Below are positions 26,323 through 39,128 of a stretch of DNA of 62,000 nucleotides, piece by piece (the stretch's first letter is position 1; each line of letters opens with the position of its first letter). The translations under genes and the position numbers were made by a program. The DNA is from Diadema setosum. Lineage: Eukaryota. The notes beneath the pieces are model-generated. The model was not told the origin of the DNA and searched no databases. It worked only from the letters and a program-made list of their open reading frames with translations. The DNA lies in assembly GCF_964275005.1 (NCBI RefSeq), contig NC_092705.1, forward strand, positions 5,146,001 through 5,208,000, given 5' to 3'.

Positions 26323-29300
26323 TCCTTTGAGCGTGTCTTGGTGGAAAACAAGCTCCACGGCCTGTCACCTAGCCTCTCAGATGCTATTGGGAGCATCCCG
26401 CGATGGCAACTGATCCAAGCGGCCCTTCCTCACCTCATGCACTGCTGCGCAGCTCTTCTCAACAACAGGGCCAAGCTGGGTCATGCCGACAAGTTGGGCG
26501 TGGCAGAGACCAAGCTGCTGTACACCCTCCATTGGGTACTCCTCGATGCCCCCGATGAATGTGCCCAGGAGAACAGCTCAGATGATTCCCAGAGTGACAC
26601 TTCTAGCCACATGGTCCTGGAACACCCGCTGACCACGCTCCAACTCTTTGTGTACCTGTTTGCTCCGCTGGTCTACAGCGTCAAGGAGTCTGATTTGACG
26701 TTTCGGTTGGAGAGCGGCCTAAAGTTATGGCGTGCCTTGTGGGATCACAAACAGCCGGACATACCGAGTATGTCAGGTTTGGTCAAACCAAGACGTATCA
26801 TTCGTGTTGGAAGGCGGCATCACCAGATGAAAACGAGTCCAGTCATGAACAAGGTGGCGCCAAAGATAGAAAATAAGATAGATGAGGTGGAGGAGAAGAA
26901 AGAAGAGGAGCCCGAGCCAAAGGAAGAGAAGAAAGACCAGGAGAAGGAGCCCGAGAAAGAGGAAGATGAAAAGGAGGAGCACCGACCTATTGTACCCCTG
27001 GCGGACATATCAGAGGTCAGTAGGTTGAGCACTCCTGCAGATGTTCCTTCAGTGAGCTTGGAAATCATTTGTGAGATGTGCAACACTCCTGTCACAGGCA
27101 ACCAAGCCTGCAGCTGTGGGAACCTGAAGGTGTCTTCAGGATTCAACTATGCCCAACTCCAGGATGGCCTGAAGGCAGTCCAGAAGCGGAAAGATTCCGA
27201 CCCTAATGCATCCAAGATGGCCCCTAGATCAGCACCTGTGGACTTTTCCCCTCCTCCCATTCGGAAAGTGCGTCCTCAAACATTGGAATTGTCGGGAGAG
27301 GGCAGCAACAGCAAAGATGATGTCGGAAATCATGATGACCATTCAAATACGGCGTTTACTCCGCCATCTTCTCCTCCTCCAGAGATACCGGTCAGGCGAT
27401 TACCTCAGCGACTGAATGATGTCTGCTCTGCAACACTGTTTGATGTTTCCGTCTTGCGTTGCCTGTTTAGTCCACACTGGGCTGAGGATGGTGTCTACTG
27501 GGCTCTGACATACATCTTAACTCGTCTCAGACAGATATCAGATGAGACCATTGCGGCAGAGCGGGTGAGGCAGAGAAGCAATTCCTCACCCATCCCACAA
27601 ATCACTGTCTCACTCTTCAATCCGGCTCCTGGCCCACCACCAAAGAAATTCTCAGTTCCGACTTCTTACATGGGAACGTCGCTGGATAGTGCCTTTCGCA
27701 TGGCCGAGGTTCGGCAGAGAGAGGCACAGGCATTCACGGGCTCACCTAAAAAGATTAAGCTGGATCAATCTCAATCCAGTTTTGCTCCACCCAAGAAGGT
27801 CCATCTGATGGAGAGAAAGGGATCAATTGAAAGGAGGAACAGCATTGAGCGCAAAGGTGGACCAGATGCTGCGCGCACTGCCAAGTTTCCTAGGAAGACA
27901 GGGCGAGTTTCTGGCAGAGCAAAGGTAGGAAGCTCCCTAGTACCAAAGCTCATACAGGAGGAAATTGAGGAGACCAAAGGAGTGAATTCCAGCATAGACT
28001 GCAAGCTTGATGAGCAAACAGCAGACACAAATCCACTCATTCCGTCCCAAGAGGAAGCGAAGAACCCAGGCTTTGCCATTCCCAAACTGGAGCCATTCAA
28101 ATTTAAGATTGATGTGATTCAGTTGAAAACCCTGCCCTCCTTGATCAAAGCTGGTGAGCAGAACCAGGATAATTCTCCTCATTGTGATGTGAATGAACAT
28201 GAGCTGACGCACTCCCTCATTGAACCGCACCAGTCAAACATTGCACTGACAGCCTCTGCTGCCTCACTCGACATCACCAGGCCCTTAGAGCTTCCAGCAA
28301 GGCAGACGCTGACCATCTCACCCACCAGATTGACAGCTGGTAGTGAAAAGCAACATCCCACTCCTCTCCCTCAACTGGCTACTGCAAACAAGTTCCTCCA
28401 TCCTGCTCCACAGGTGTTTTCTGCAGCAGAGTGTGTCACTGTCTCAAAGATTGTGAACAATTCGATTTCATCCGCAGCCTCTGTATCTTCCACGCCAGTG
28501 TATAAATCGTTGCCAAAGCCAGCCCTCAAGTCATCTGTGCATTTGTCTACGCCAAGGTCCATCGCAACAAAGCTGCCGTGTTCACCACCTCCGAGGTTTG
28601 TGACCACAGTCACTCCAGGATCTCCATCGTCGTCACCTGTGCCACCTACCCCTGCTGGACATGGTGCTGCTCCTGCAGTTCATTCGAAGAGCATCCAGGA
28701 GAGAAAGACCATTCCCATCCATCGGGCCAAAGCCCAAGTTTTGCAGGTGCCGGAATGGAATAACAGTGACCTGGAAGCACCAATGGCGACCATCATAGAG
28801 CCACCCAAGAGACTTTCAAACGGTACAATGGTGCAGTCGGAGGTGGAGGTCAAGACCCTGCCAAAGCTGACGATTCCTCCGCTTCCACTGTCACCCAGCG
28901 CCAAGCCACCACCCTTGCCGCTGACAGGTCCACCTCCCATCACCCCTCCTCCAGTCACGTCCCCACCAAAGCTCTCGCCACCGAAAAGGGAGCAGCCCAG
29001 GCTTGTCAAGGCAGCAGTGATTCAGGAGGAGGAGGTCCATGATTGGCAGATGATGTCTCCACAGGAAAATCATCCCACAAACAGTGACCATCTGCCTACC
29101 TACGAGGATGACCACGAGATTGAGGAGCCTACTGAGACTTGTGCTCTCCTCGTTCCACCACCGAGGGACACCACCAAGAACCCTTTCAATCCAGCTGAGA
29201 ACTGTCCAACACCGGGAAACGATTGTGTAGGTCAGAGGACTACCTTGAATATCCCTGCTTCCCTGCTGCCGAGAAGTGCGTCAGATACATTTGTCAATTA

Positions 29301-29358
29301 CACAACACAGGAAGAGCAAGAAGTGGCAGAAGCACCTGGTTCAACATACTACATTCAG
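26323..29358 (+). CDS. UNC80: UNC80 exon 3, giant 3036-nt coding exon (1012 codons)
   Basis: cccatag|TCC TTT GAG...ATT CAG|gtacgt. Corresponds to ORF 26338..29382, with UNC80 N-terminal conserved blocks and LLPRSASDTFVNY near the end. Confidence 0.93.
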
Positions 29359-30039
29359 GTACGTGTACAAGTTGAAACGTAATTTTAAGGACAAGTATGA
29401 CACTTTTTTATGTAACAAACGCAAACACTTTTCATGTAATCTAACATGGATTTCTGTAAATTCAATAGTGTATGATGTGTAATCGATACCTGCATACACA
29501 TATTGAAAAGTTCTCACAGTGATTGACATCACATGCAAAGCTGTGATCAGTCATGTTTACCTGATCTTTTCACTGTCTCTATTAAGCATTTCCTGCATAG
29601 CCATAGCTTATCTTGCCAGCAAACTTGATGACAGGAGATATGTTTGGACCGTCAAATCCCATTTATAAAGCTGCATGGTACCAAGAAATTTTCATTATTG
29701 AGGATAGAAAGTGCCCGAGTAGAGAAGTCACATGATGTCCCTTTTAATATCATCTCACAAAAGGCAAAATTGTGAAACCAGTTAGTCATTGTCCATATCC
29801 GATGTTTGTTTTGGTACTCTTTCACTTGTGAGAGACAAACAGAATGGGAAGAGAGGTGCAGTTTTGTGCAAAATTGGAACTTCCCCTTAGCCGGAATGCA
29901 CCTTTTCATGAATGCATGCACAGACAGATACTGATAGTAGGGAACATTACCTTTGTGTGAAATGTGTTCTGTCTACTGGAAATGAGCAACAATAGATAGA
30001 AAATGTCATATTTGGTCATCCTTTCAATGCACCATCCAG

Positions 30040-30231
30040 GAGAACGGACACCTCAACTTCTCGGTCATCGTCAAGGCCCTCCACACGATCGTCACCAAGG
30101 AGACCAGCGCCCGGGTGTGCGACGTGGCCCTCAACATCATCGACACCCTCCTCGAGTTCAGCGTCATCAAGAAAGGTGAAAGGTCGAGCCCGCAGTCCAA
30201 GATTCCCGTGATCAAGGTAGAAGGAGAGAAG
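30040..30231 (+). CDS. UNC80: UNC80 exon 4 (ENGHLNFSVIVKALHTIVTKETSARVCDVALNIIDTLLEF...); 3' end uncertain (30175, 30216 or 30231)
   Basis: atccag|GAG acceptor, conserved CDVALNI, three candidate GT donors. Confidence 0.88.
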
Positions 30232-33200
30232 GTATTACGTCGGAGGATTCACACGCATTCTGTATCATGCATGACCCAAGTGGAGCCAGAAATCACCACC
30301 CCTTCCCCCTTTGAAAAAAGAGGAAATGTGTGTATATTTGTATAAATGTATGTATATATGTATTTCATACATATATCTATATACACATATACACACACAG
30401 AGAACAATTGACCTTCTTACAAAGACACAATCTCACCAAGGAAACCTGTATTAACTGCAATTTTAGATTTATAGTATATTTATACCTATTTTTGTGCTTT
30501 GTCACCTGTCACTCTTGTCTTGCTTTTATGCCAGATAGTCCTGCACTTTTTTTCTTGTTTATATATATATATATATGTTTATTTTTTTCTAGATTATACA
30601 TTGTTAAAAGATGTCCCCCTTGCTATTCCTATGTGGCCCCCTGTTGACCTTTTGGACAGATGAAGCCCCTTGAAAAGTTCTCATTTTTATTTCTTTTTTC
30701 ATATTTTTCCCTTGAATAAGTTCCCCTGTTGAGTATCCAAAATGTATGAACAGATTTTTTTTAATTTTTTTTTGAAGATACCAGATATCCCCTCCGAAGT
30801 GTCTGAAACATTGATTTTGTGAGACATTGTACCAATATCTGTTCCCTGCTCCTTATTATGTTTTTTGCTTTTGTTTGGGGGGGGGGGAATTGCACCTAAT
30901 GTCCACTGTTACATCAATTAGGCACAAATTTATATTACACACATGTAGAATGTAGTGATGTCTGAACAATGATGTGAATATGTCCCTTAAAGTGTTCGCA
31001 TTGTCCCCACAAAAATTTTATCAATTGATCTCACTTGGATATTCCCGTCATATGTCAAAATTTATTATTATTTTTTTTCCGAATCCATGTCGTAACTATG
31101 AGCAGGGTTTTGATGTGCAGGAATGGCCTTTGTTTGGCATGATTCTAAATCAGTGCATTCATAATTTTTAAACAAAAGTATATTTCTCTTCTTTTCTGTT
31201 TTTATTTTCTTGACTAATATCTGCTATGAAACTGCATAATGTATACAGTATATATACTCTGAATTCTGAATTTCCTTGATGACAGTGCTATGCTTTTCTG
31301 ATCAGTGCATTTTGCAGCACATGTGAGGCCCCATCCAATAAAGTTTCTTGCCACCGATAAAGACATCACACGCTCTTTTGATTCTGCATGCCTGTCATGC
31401 GTCTCCTCAGCTTGGTGCAAGCGTAACTACAAAATGCGTGCGGATTGTTCCGTCCTCTCAATATCGGTGAAGTGTTTAATCCCACTCACGCCAAGCCAAA
31501 CTTCCAAACCTAACACTGCTCATTAGTGTGCAGACAACCAATGAGCTTCCTCTCTCATTATGTTGTTGTAATTGCCAATAGATCCATTTCTCCGTTGTTG
31601 TTTTCAGACGATGTTGCGAAAATTTCAAAATGAAATTAGCTTCATGTTTGAATTCAAAGGCATAACATATTCAGATACCGACATGTATGGTTGCGCATGT
31701 TTTGACGGTGGTTGATAAGAGATTTCTGCCTGTAAGTGTTTTGGAATGGCTAGATAGTGAGATTAAACACCGAACCAGAACCTGTCAAATACTGTTGAAG
31801 ACCTAAATTGTTTCCTGAATGTCTTTTCTATCCCTCGTTTAAAAAGTTCCTTCCATAGTCTCCTACTCGTAGGCATATACCAATGTATGGCTTCTGTTTT
31901 TATGCACCGACAACCTCTACTTGTGCTAAAAAGTAGAATTTTTTGTTTTTCCTCCTCCGTCTCTGTAGTATGTAGGTGTTCGCACACCAAAACTGCTTCA
32001 CCTTCTGTATAGATCTTCCTGTCTCACCACTAGAGTGTTATTACTGTATGGCACCGGCGTCTCTTGCTGGGGGCCCTTTGAAAAAACAAAAAAGGGAAAA
32101 ATGTCTCCACTATTCGTTTGGATCAGAGATGCAGCCAGGGGTAAGGTATGGCGTCACAAACGAATGCAGCCGTGCAGATGGGGAGAGGATTCGTGCAGTA
32201 CACCTTTGTAGCTGTTTAAGCAAAATGTGTGTAGTGTGTGTGTGTGTGTGTACCTCAATCCTTACAGGGAGACTATCTGTGTTTGTATACAAGGGATATA
32301 CTCACATGCATGCAGGGCAAAACGTAGTGGGGACGGCTTGAAATTCTCATGTATCATACTCTCAGTATTTTGAAGAAACTTTTGAAATGTAGGCATAACA
32401 AGAATGCATTGGTTTTCTTTCAAAAATCACACAAAACATTGTAAATGGTAAACTCTGTGCACTGAAAAACGAGTTGACTATGAAATGCAAAATACATGTA
32501 CTCAATATAAATTGTTTTGTGAACACTCACATTCATCTTATTTTCAAACACATATAATGAAGGCTCAATAATATATTATACCTTATTCATCCAGCATCCA
32601 GCATGTAATAGGGATTCATGTGTTTCAAACCTTTTTTGTTGTCTTTGTTTCTCAAGTATTACAGCAGTTCTCCAGTTGAATTTGTGTATGGTAGCATAGA
32701 GAAAAATCCAGAAATAATACTGATGGAAAATTACTCTGTAATGCACAAAAAAAAAAGGGATAAAGAGAGCTGAAGTCCATCCCTGCCAAACGACAGGATA
32801 TTACTGAATCACTAACACTGTTTTTAATTACACAAGCCATACAAGTTGCACCTATGATAATCCCCCTTGCACACTTCCTTTACTTTGATAAGATGATAAC
32901 TTCTGTATCTAACAAGATGGTGGTTCTAAGACACCATTGAAAGAAACGTAATAAATGAAGCCACAATTTTGCTCTAGGTAATCATTCCCGTGCCTTGCTC
33001 GAGGTGGTAACATAACGATTAAATGTGAGGAACAGAATTTAACCTTTTGGCATTAAAGCTTAGTGGAGATTAACTGAATGCAATGTGATATTAATCAACT
33101 CTAATAAGTTTTAAATAGATCAACTGGACTAAATTTGGTGAAGGTCAACTTGTTCTTGCTTTGATATAAAACACCAACTGCTGTTTGAAACTTTTGCAGT

Positions 33201-33586
33201 GTTGTAAATAAATGGTGTTGCATTTATGAGGAACTAACTCAACAGTCCTTGCAACTAGCCTTCAAACTATCCCCACATATCACTTAAAAGTTGTATACAC
33301 AGAAAGTAGTACATGCATGGAGAAATTAAGTAATGGAGTTGTCAGTGTAGATCAGTGAAAGAAGGTAAAATGAGGAAATGCAAATGGCTGGCCTTCAATT
33401 TTGCCTGTGTACTCAAAGCAAATTATCAGAGAATTCAAGACATGATGAATTCCTTTTTTAATTTTTTTTTTTAGCAAAGTGAAAAGAATAATGGTGCTTA
33501 CATTTCTATGTTTACGGTAGCTGCATATTGTCTTTTTTTAATACTCCTCTGCTGCATATCTTCTTTCTTATAATTCTCTGACTTCT

Positions 33587-33745
33587 GGGCCCCGTTTCAT
33601 AAAAGATGTTAGGATGTCAACTCTTGCTGGAATGACAACTTCCCAAAGCAACAGCCAATCAGGAAGCTGGATTCTTGTCGTTACGATGATAATTGACATT
33701 CCAGCAAGAGTTGTTATCATATCAACTTTTTATGAAACGGGGCCC
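33587..33745. mobile_element. 159-bp PIF/Harbinger-like MITE
   Basis: TIR gggccccgtttcataaaa / ttttatgaaacggggccc, internal arms actcttgctggaatg / cattccagcaagagt, CTG-like flanks. Confidence 0.75.
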
Positions 33746-33814
33746 CTGGTATTTACTGCATCTTGAGGATTGTTATTTCTGAGAATGATTGATTACATGC
33801 AATGTAAATATGTA

Positions 33815-33963
33815 TTTCAATTTAATTCAATTCAATTCACATTTTACTTACAATGTCTTTTTTTTTCAATTTAATTCAATTCAATTCACATTTTACTTAC
33901 AATGTCTTTTTTTTTTCTGACACAGTTACAAAAGAATATAATTATAAAAAATGTACACACATA

Positions 33964-34003
<40 letters not shown>

Positions 34004-34080
34004 CTATTTGCTCAAAATCATTGTATAAATGGAAAAGAGAGGCCCACATTAAAAGAAGCTTGTAGAGATATGGGCCAATC
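33815..34080 (-). mobile_element. Probable LINE/SINE 3' tail with a ~50-bp tandem duplication and (TA)n
   Basis: Minus strand has a ggccca...tgggcc stem-loop followed by (GAATT)n. The unit ttcaatttaattcaattcaattcacattttacttacaatgtc occurs twice. Confidence 0.45.
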
Positions 34081-34235
34081 TGAATCAGTAAATTGAACCT
34101 GCAAAAATAAATATATAAATATATATATATATATGTATATCTCCCGTCATGATAGATTTTGAATAGATTGAGATAGAGATAAAGAGAGAGACAGAAAAAA
34201 AAAACATGCCTGTTCTGCCGTGTCGACTCTCGTAG

Positions 34236-34389
34236 GTTAAGACAGGTCAGAAGGACGCGGACACGGACACGGCCACGAAGAGCATGGAGGACATGACGGT
34301 CCACAACCTGGTCATGCAGACGCTGATCCAAGTCTTCAGGGCCTTCGGCTGCCAGCATGGCTGTGGAGAAGGGGTCAGGGGTCAACAAG
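34236..34389 (+). CDS. UNC80: UNC80 exon 5 (154 nt, VKTGQKD...VHNLVMQTLIQVFRAFGCQHGCGEGVRGQQ)
   Basis: cgtag|GTT...CAA G|gtgag; conserved GC.HGCGEG.RG. Confidence 0.92.
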
Positions 34390-36880
34390 GTGAGAGTGAC
34401 GTACCATGTGACTTGATTTTTATTTCATTTTATCATTGCGAAGGCTCACTGGTTTAATAAAGTCTACAGATTCGTTAGTCCTGATTGTGAGGTCTGTTGG
34501 TGTAGTCCTAGCTAAATATCATGTATTTTTACAACCAGGGTTGTTTTCCTTTATCTCTATGAGGGATAATCTGATATGATATATGAAAAGAATGTATTTA
34601 GCACATCTTAAAGGCACACACACACACACGCACTTGTACTAATGTATGTATGTATTTTTGTATATATACATGTATTATATACACACACATGAAGAATTTG
34701 ATTGCATGATGGGTTAGGCGCAATTTTCAAACATTTTAAAGCTAGTCCGTCCAATAATGCAAAATAAAACCTCTGTTTCCATTAATACCTTACTTGTAAT
34801 ACATAACAAGGAATATTCGTGAAGTTATGATTAGAAATATCCCACATTTCTTACTATTTTATTGGTATTTTAGCAACTTATATCACAAATAATTCAAATG
34901 AACAAGAATGGAGTGAAATTGTTTTGCAATCAAACTCTTCATACTTCTGTATATTGTCAATAATCTTCACACTACCTCAACAGAACAGCGTGTGATGCAA
35001 GAAATACTCTTGTGTTTCATTATTAAAGAAAGAAATTTATCAATTTGGTTTGTATCTTGGCTTTGATTGTCTTGCTGATATGTTTTATAGCAGTCCTGTT
35101 TTAAGTCATATCTGTCATATTTTGATTCACTTCATGCAATGCCAATTCAGTCGTGATTAAGAGGAGTGTAAGTGTCTTCATCATTGCCTATAAGAATAAT
35201 TCAAACATCATTACCACTGTTATTTATAGTGATTTCTATCAATTCAATCTGTCACTCCATGCAGTGGTAGGAGTGTTAAATGATGTAGCCTTGTGTCAAG
35301 AGAATACTAAATGCGGGCAGATGATTAGTGTTCTCTGCATGATACTCATACGTGTACATCAATCAGTGAGGGTAAAAAAAAAGAACTGAATCAGCATAGT
35401 GGGAAACTTTCTGTGCGTTCGACTGCATGGGTATCAATCAATTTGCGATATGAGGCAATTCTGTCCAAACAAAAGGAAATTAGTTCAGATTTTGTTGTAA
35501 TAACAGTAGATCAATTGCTTGCAATTTTCTATTTCTTGCCGAGTACCTCGTTTGTTAGGTGCTGCTTTAAAGCGAGACTTAATGATGTGATCTAATTAAC
35601 AGAATCGGGAAAGCTTACACTTAAGCTTTGTGTACGTTCATTAATACATGCGTTTGCAAGTGTATGTAGAAGCCATTCAAATCAATATCTGAATTAAAAG
35701 GCAATACCCATTGAATTATAGTTCCACTGCAAAATCTCCCCCATGAAGAGATACATCAGATATGTATATATATATATTTTTTTTTTGTTTGTTTTTTGTT
35801 AGGAATTGAATTTTTTGTGTATTTCCTGTTTAAATCTATATTATGAACAGGTGAATGATATATTGTAAACATTTTGATATTTTGTTCTGAGGTGCATGTT
35901 ATCACCCAGAAGCAAGATATATTTCAGTCAAAGATTAGTGAATATAATACTCTTCACAAGGAAAAAAAAGGGGGGAAGCAGCTGAATAGCAGAACAGGAG
36001 AAAACATCTATCTGCACGTAAAAACACATTTTGTGCCATAAACCCTGTGATGATGATAAAAGGGGGATTACTTAAACACCCCTAATCAGTTTTGCGATTT
36101 GCGCCGATGAGTTTCCGGTCTGGCAGGGCGACCAAATCAGATCCCATTGTTGTCTCCGCACACGGCGTTACACGCGATGCCGTGTCCATTAGGCGGCACA
36201 ATGCACAGCGAGTCATTATTTATTGCATGCATGGACGACATTATATGCACACACATACACACTCACAGAGACATACACGCTCACAGATTTCTTTCAGCCT
36301 CAATTACTGGTTTCAGCCGGTAATGATTTGGATCCACACATGTTGACCGTCGAGCAAGTCGAGCAGCAAACGCGGCTCGAAAATTCTGCGGTTTCCCCAT
36401 CAGGCACGCATTACCCATTAGGATGGTTTTACTAGATCTACTTGTAGGCCTGGAATTAATGTTTGGCATCACAGCAGAGCAGATTGTTGTGAGATACTTC
36501 ACAAATTTATTTGGAATGCTATATGTAATGCCCAAATGTACACTGATATAAAGGTAATGTCATTATAAAGCAGTAAACTGTTGAAGTCCTTGAACTCCAA
36601 CATGGCAAGTTCTTGCTTAATTTTGTCTAAAATCACTTCATATTTTCTTGGGATTTCACATAAAATGACAGAAGTGGAATCATTCGCACACCAACATAAA
36701 ATCTTGAGTTTTGTGTATAATTCATACCCATTTTTCACACCCAGAATGTTAATCTAGTTTGATTTTACAGCACACTCCAGTGTGGACACGAGGCTTATGA
36801 AGTAATATTTTAATAATTTTCTTACCTACTGTACAACTGTCAAAGAGGTCCCCTCATGCTCACATTTAATAATGGCCTAC

Positions 36881-37084
36881 TTCTGTAAAAGTGGTTATTT
36901 TCACACAAGTACTTTTTCGCACTTGGCCGGGTAAGATGGATTTCGCATGTTTTTGATTTTGCAGAATCAGGACATTAACTCCTGGAATATATGACATGCA
37001 AAAATATTCGCGTTCTTTTATTTTTGCGCTAGCTTCTGGTTGTACAAGGATTTCCACACCGCAAAAATTTTCGCTTTTACAGTA
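36881..37084 (+). mobile_element. Family A MITE copy 2
   Basis: ctgtaaaagtggttattttc...ttttcgcttttacagta, colinear with 25842-26054. Confidence 0.82.
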
Positions 37085-38523
37085 TGCAAAGTACTTAATT
37101 TTGTCATTTCACTTCATATTTTCTTTAGATGTAACAGAGTATGGAAACTGAATCATTTTTACATCAGAGGAGAATTCTTGCAATTTCATTCTTTCACAAT
37201 TTTCATGTTCTTGAATATCTAGTTGTCTCATGCACAACACATATGTATAGATATGAGACTGATTTCAATTACTGTAATTGTTCCTTTCATAATCCAAGAC
37301 ATCCCTCATGTTCATGTGTAATAATGACCTGTGATAAAGTGCCCGATATATCCTTTTGTGTATCTGTAATTATGTAGAGCAATTAAGTTGTGATGCAACT
37401 TGTTCTTGCATCATTACCATTGAAAGAAGAAGTTTATGATAAGTGTTTCATAGTTTTCACACACTGTAAGCACATATCTACTGTATGCTGTTTATATTTC
37501 CATATCATCTTGAATTGTGAAATCTTCATGAATAGAACTGTAACCCGTAAATGTGTCATAATGAACCTTGACTCTTCATGACAATAATTATCTTTTACTC
37601 TATTCCGCTAGATTTGAGTGATCAACTTTTAAACATATAAACTGATATGCATATCACGGTATGATTAGTGTACTTTGCCTATTGGGAGGGAAAGGGCAGT
37701 TTTGACCATGTTATAGGTAATACTGCGGTTAGAATTTTTCACTTGATACCTGCTACATATTTCAGTGTTATATCACACTGATTTAAATTCAGTTCTTTAC
37801 AACTTAATCTTTCATTTATCTTCTTCCAAGCTGTTAAATGAAAATTTAGTGGTTATTGATTAAATGTGCACTGAATTGTCAACTTCACACTTCCACAATA
37901 AAAAGTATGTATGCTGTCATCCTGGTGATAGCAAACAAAGCAAAGCAAAACAAAAGGTAAACCATCAAACATTCCAGGCATATACTTGTAATCTGTAGTA
38001 GGAATGAAACATTCATACATTCCAAGTTTTCAGCATGTGGATCGTAGGAATGGCTTACTGTGAAAACATCTTGTAAGTCAACAATTTTCATTCCCCAAGA
38101 TGTGTGGGCATAATAATGAGGCACCAACAGATTTATTAGGATCGTAAATGCCTGAAATGGGCTCTAGAGGCAAGAGGGTTATACGGGCACCGTTTTACGG
38201 GAGTTTCATCTCATCCTAGCTGACTTTAAGAACACATCCTCCGCATCTCATGACATGTAAATTCAGGCAAAACCTCGAGTCTGGAGGCCAGGGCATGGAC
38301 TGGAGATGGGGAATATGGAGATGGGGAAGAAAGAGTGTGTGTGTGTGTTACTGTATGTGTGTGTGTGTCAGTGTCTGTGCATGTGTGAAACACCAGTCCC
38401 TCCGTACACACAGAGACGACTTGCCTAGTGATCCTTTGTATGAGTGTGTGTGTGTGTGTGTGTACTTGTGTATGTCTGTGCATGTGTGAAACTGTCATTC
38501 CTTGCAGGCAGTCTACATGCCTA

Positions 38524-38562
<39 letters not shown>

Positions 38563-39128
38563 CACAGAGTGCTGAATCTTTGCTGTCTGGTTTTCTTTTG
38601 AGACATGGGGGGGGGGGGGGTGCAGGGCCAGGGAAGGAAAGAAAGAAAACCAAAGCAGGGCAAATGGATGGAAGGATGGATGGATGGATGGGGGAGATAC
38701 CGGTATTGCATATTGCCTTGCTTCAGCAAATAGCAGCGTGGGGCATCCCATATTGCGCTGGCATTCTCTGGATAAATTAACATACAAATTGGTTGGTTGC
38801 GGGGCTGTAGGTAGGAAGAAAATCGTCAGACTGCAAAGAAGCCAAGAATTGCTCAAGAAGCAGATTGGGGGGGGGGGGGGAGGGGAGGGGGGATGAGGGT
38901 GGGTTGGTTGGCAGTGTGGCACAAAGGGCTGTTTTCCAAGTGGCATTATGCACCAGTGTTTACAGATTTACAGCGCTCAAGTTTAGGTGATGTAATAGAG
39001 GTCACTTGAACAGTTGAACATGCTTACCCTCCTCCCTAGCTTCTCTCTCTCCTCTCCTGTTGGTATTGAATTCCCAACATTTTTGTTTTCATTTGTTTGC
39101 TCCCCCTTGGTATGGTGTCCGACCTTAA

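Noticed and set aside
26773..29115. Antisense ORFs over UNC80 exon 3
   Set aside because: Shadow frames of a real coding exon, with no recognisable products.
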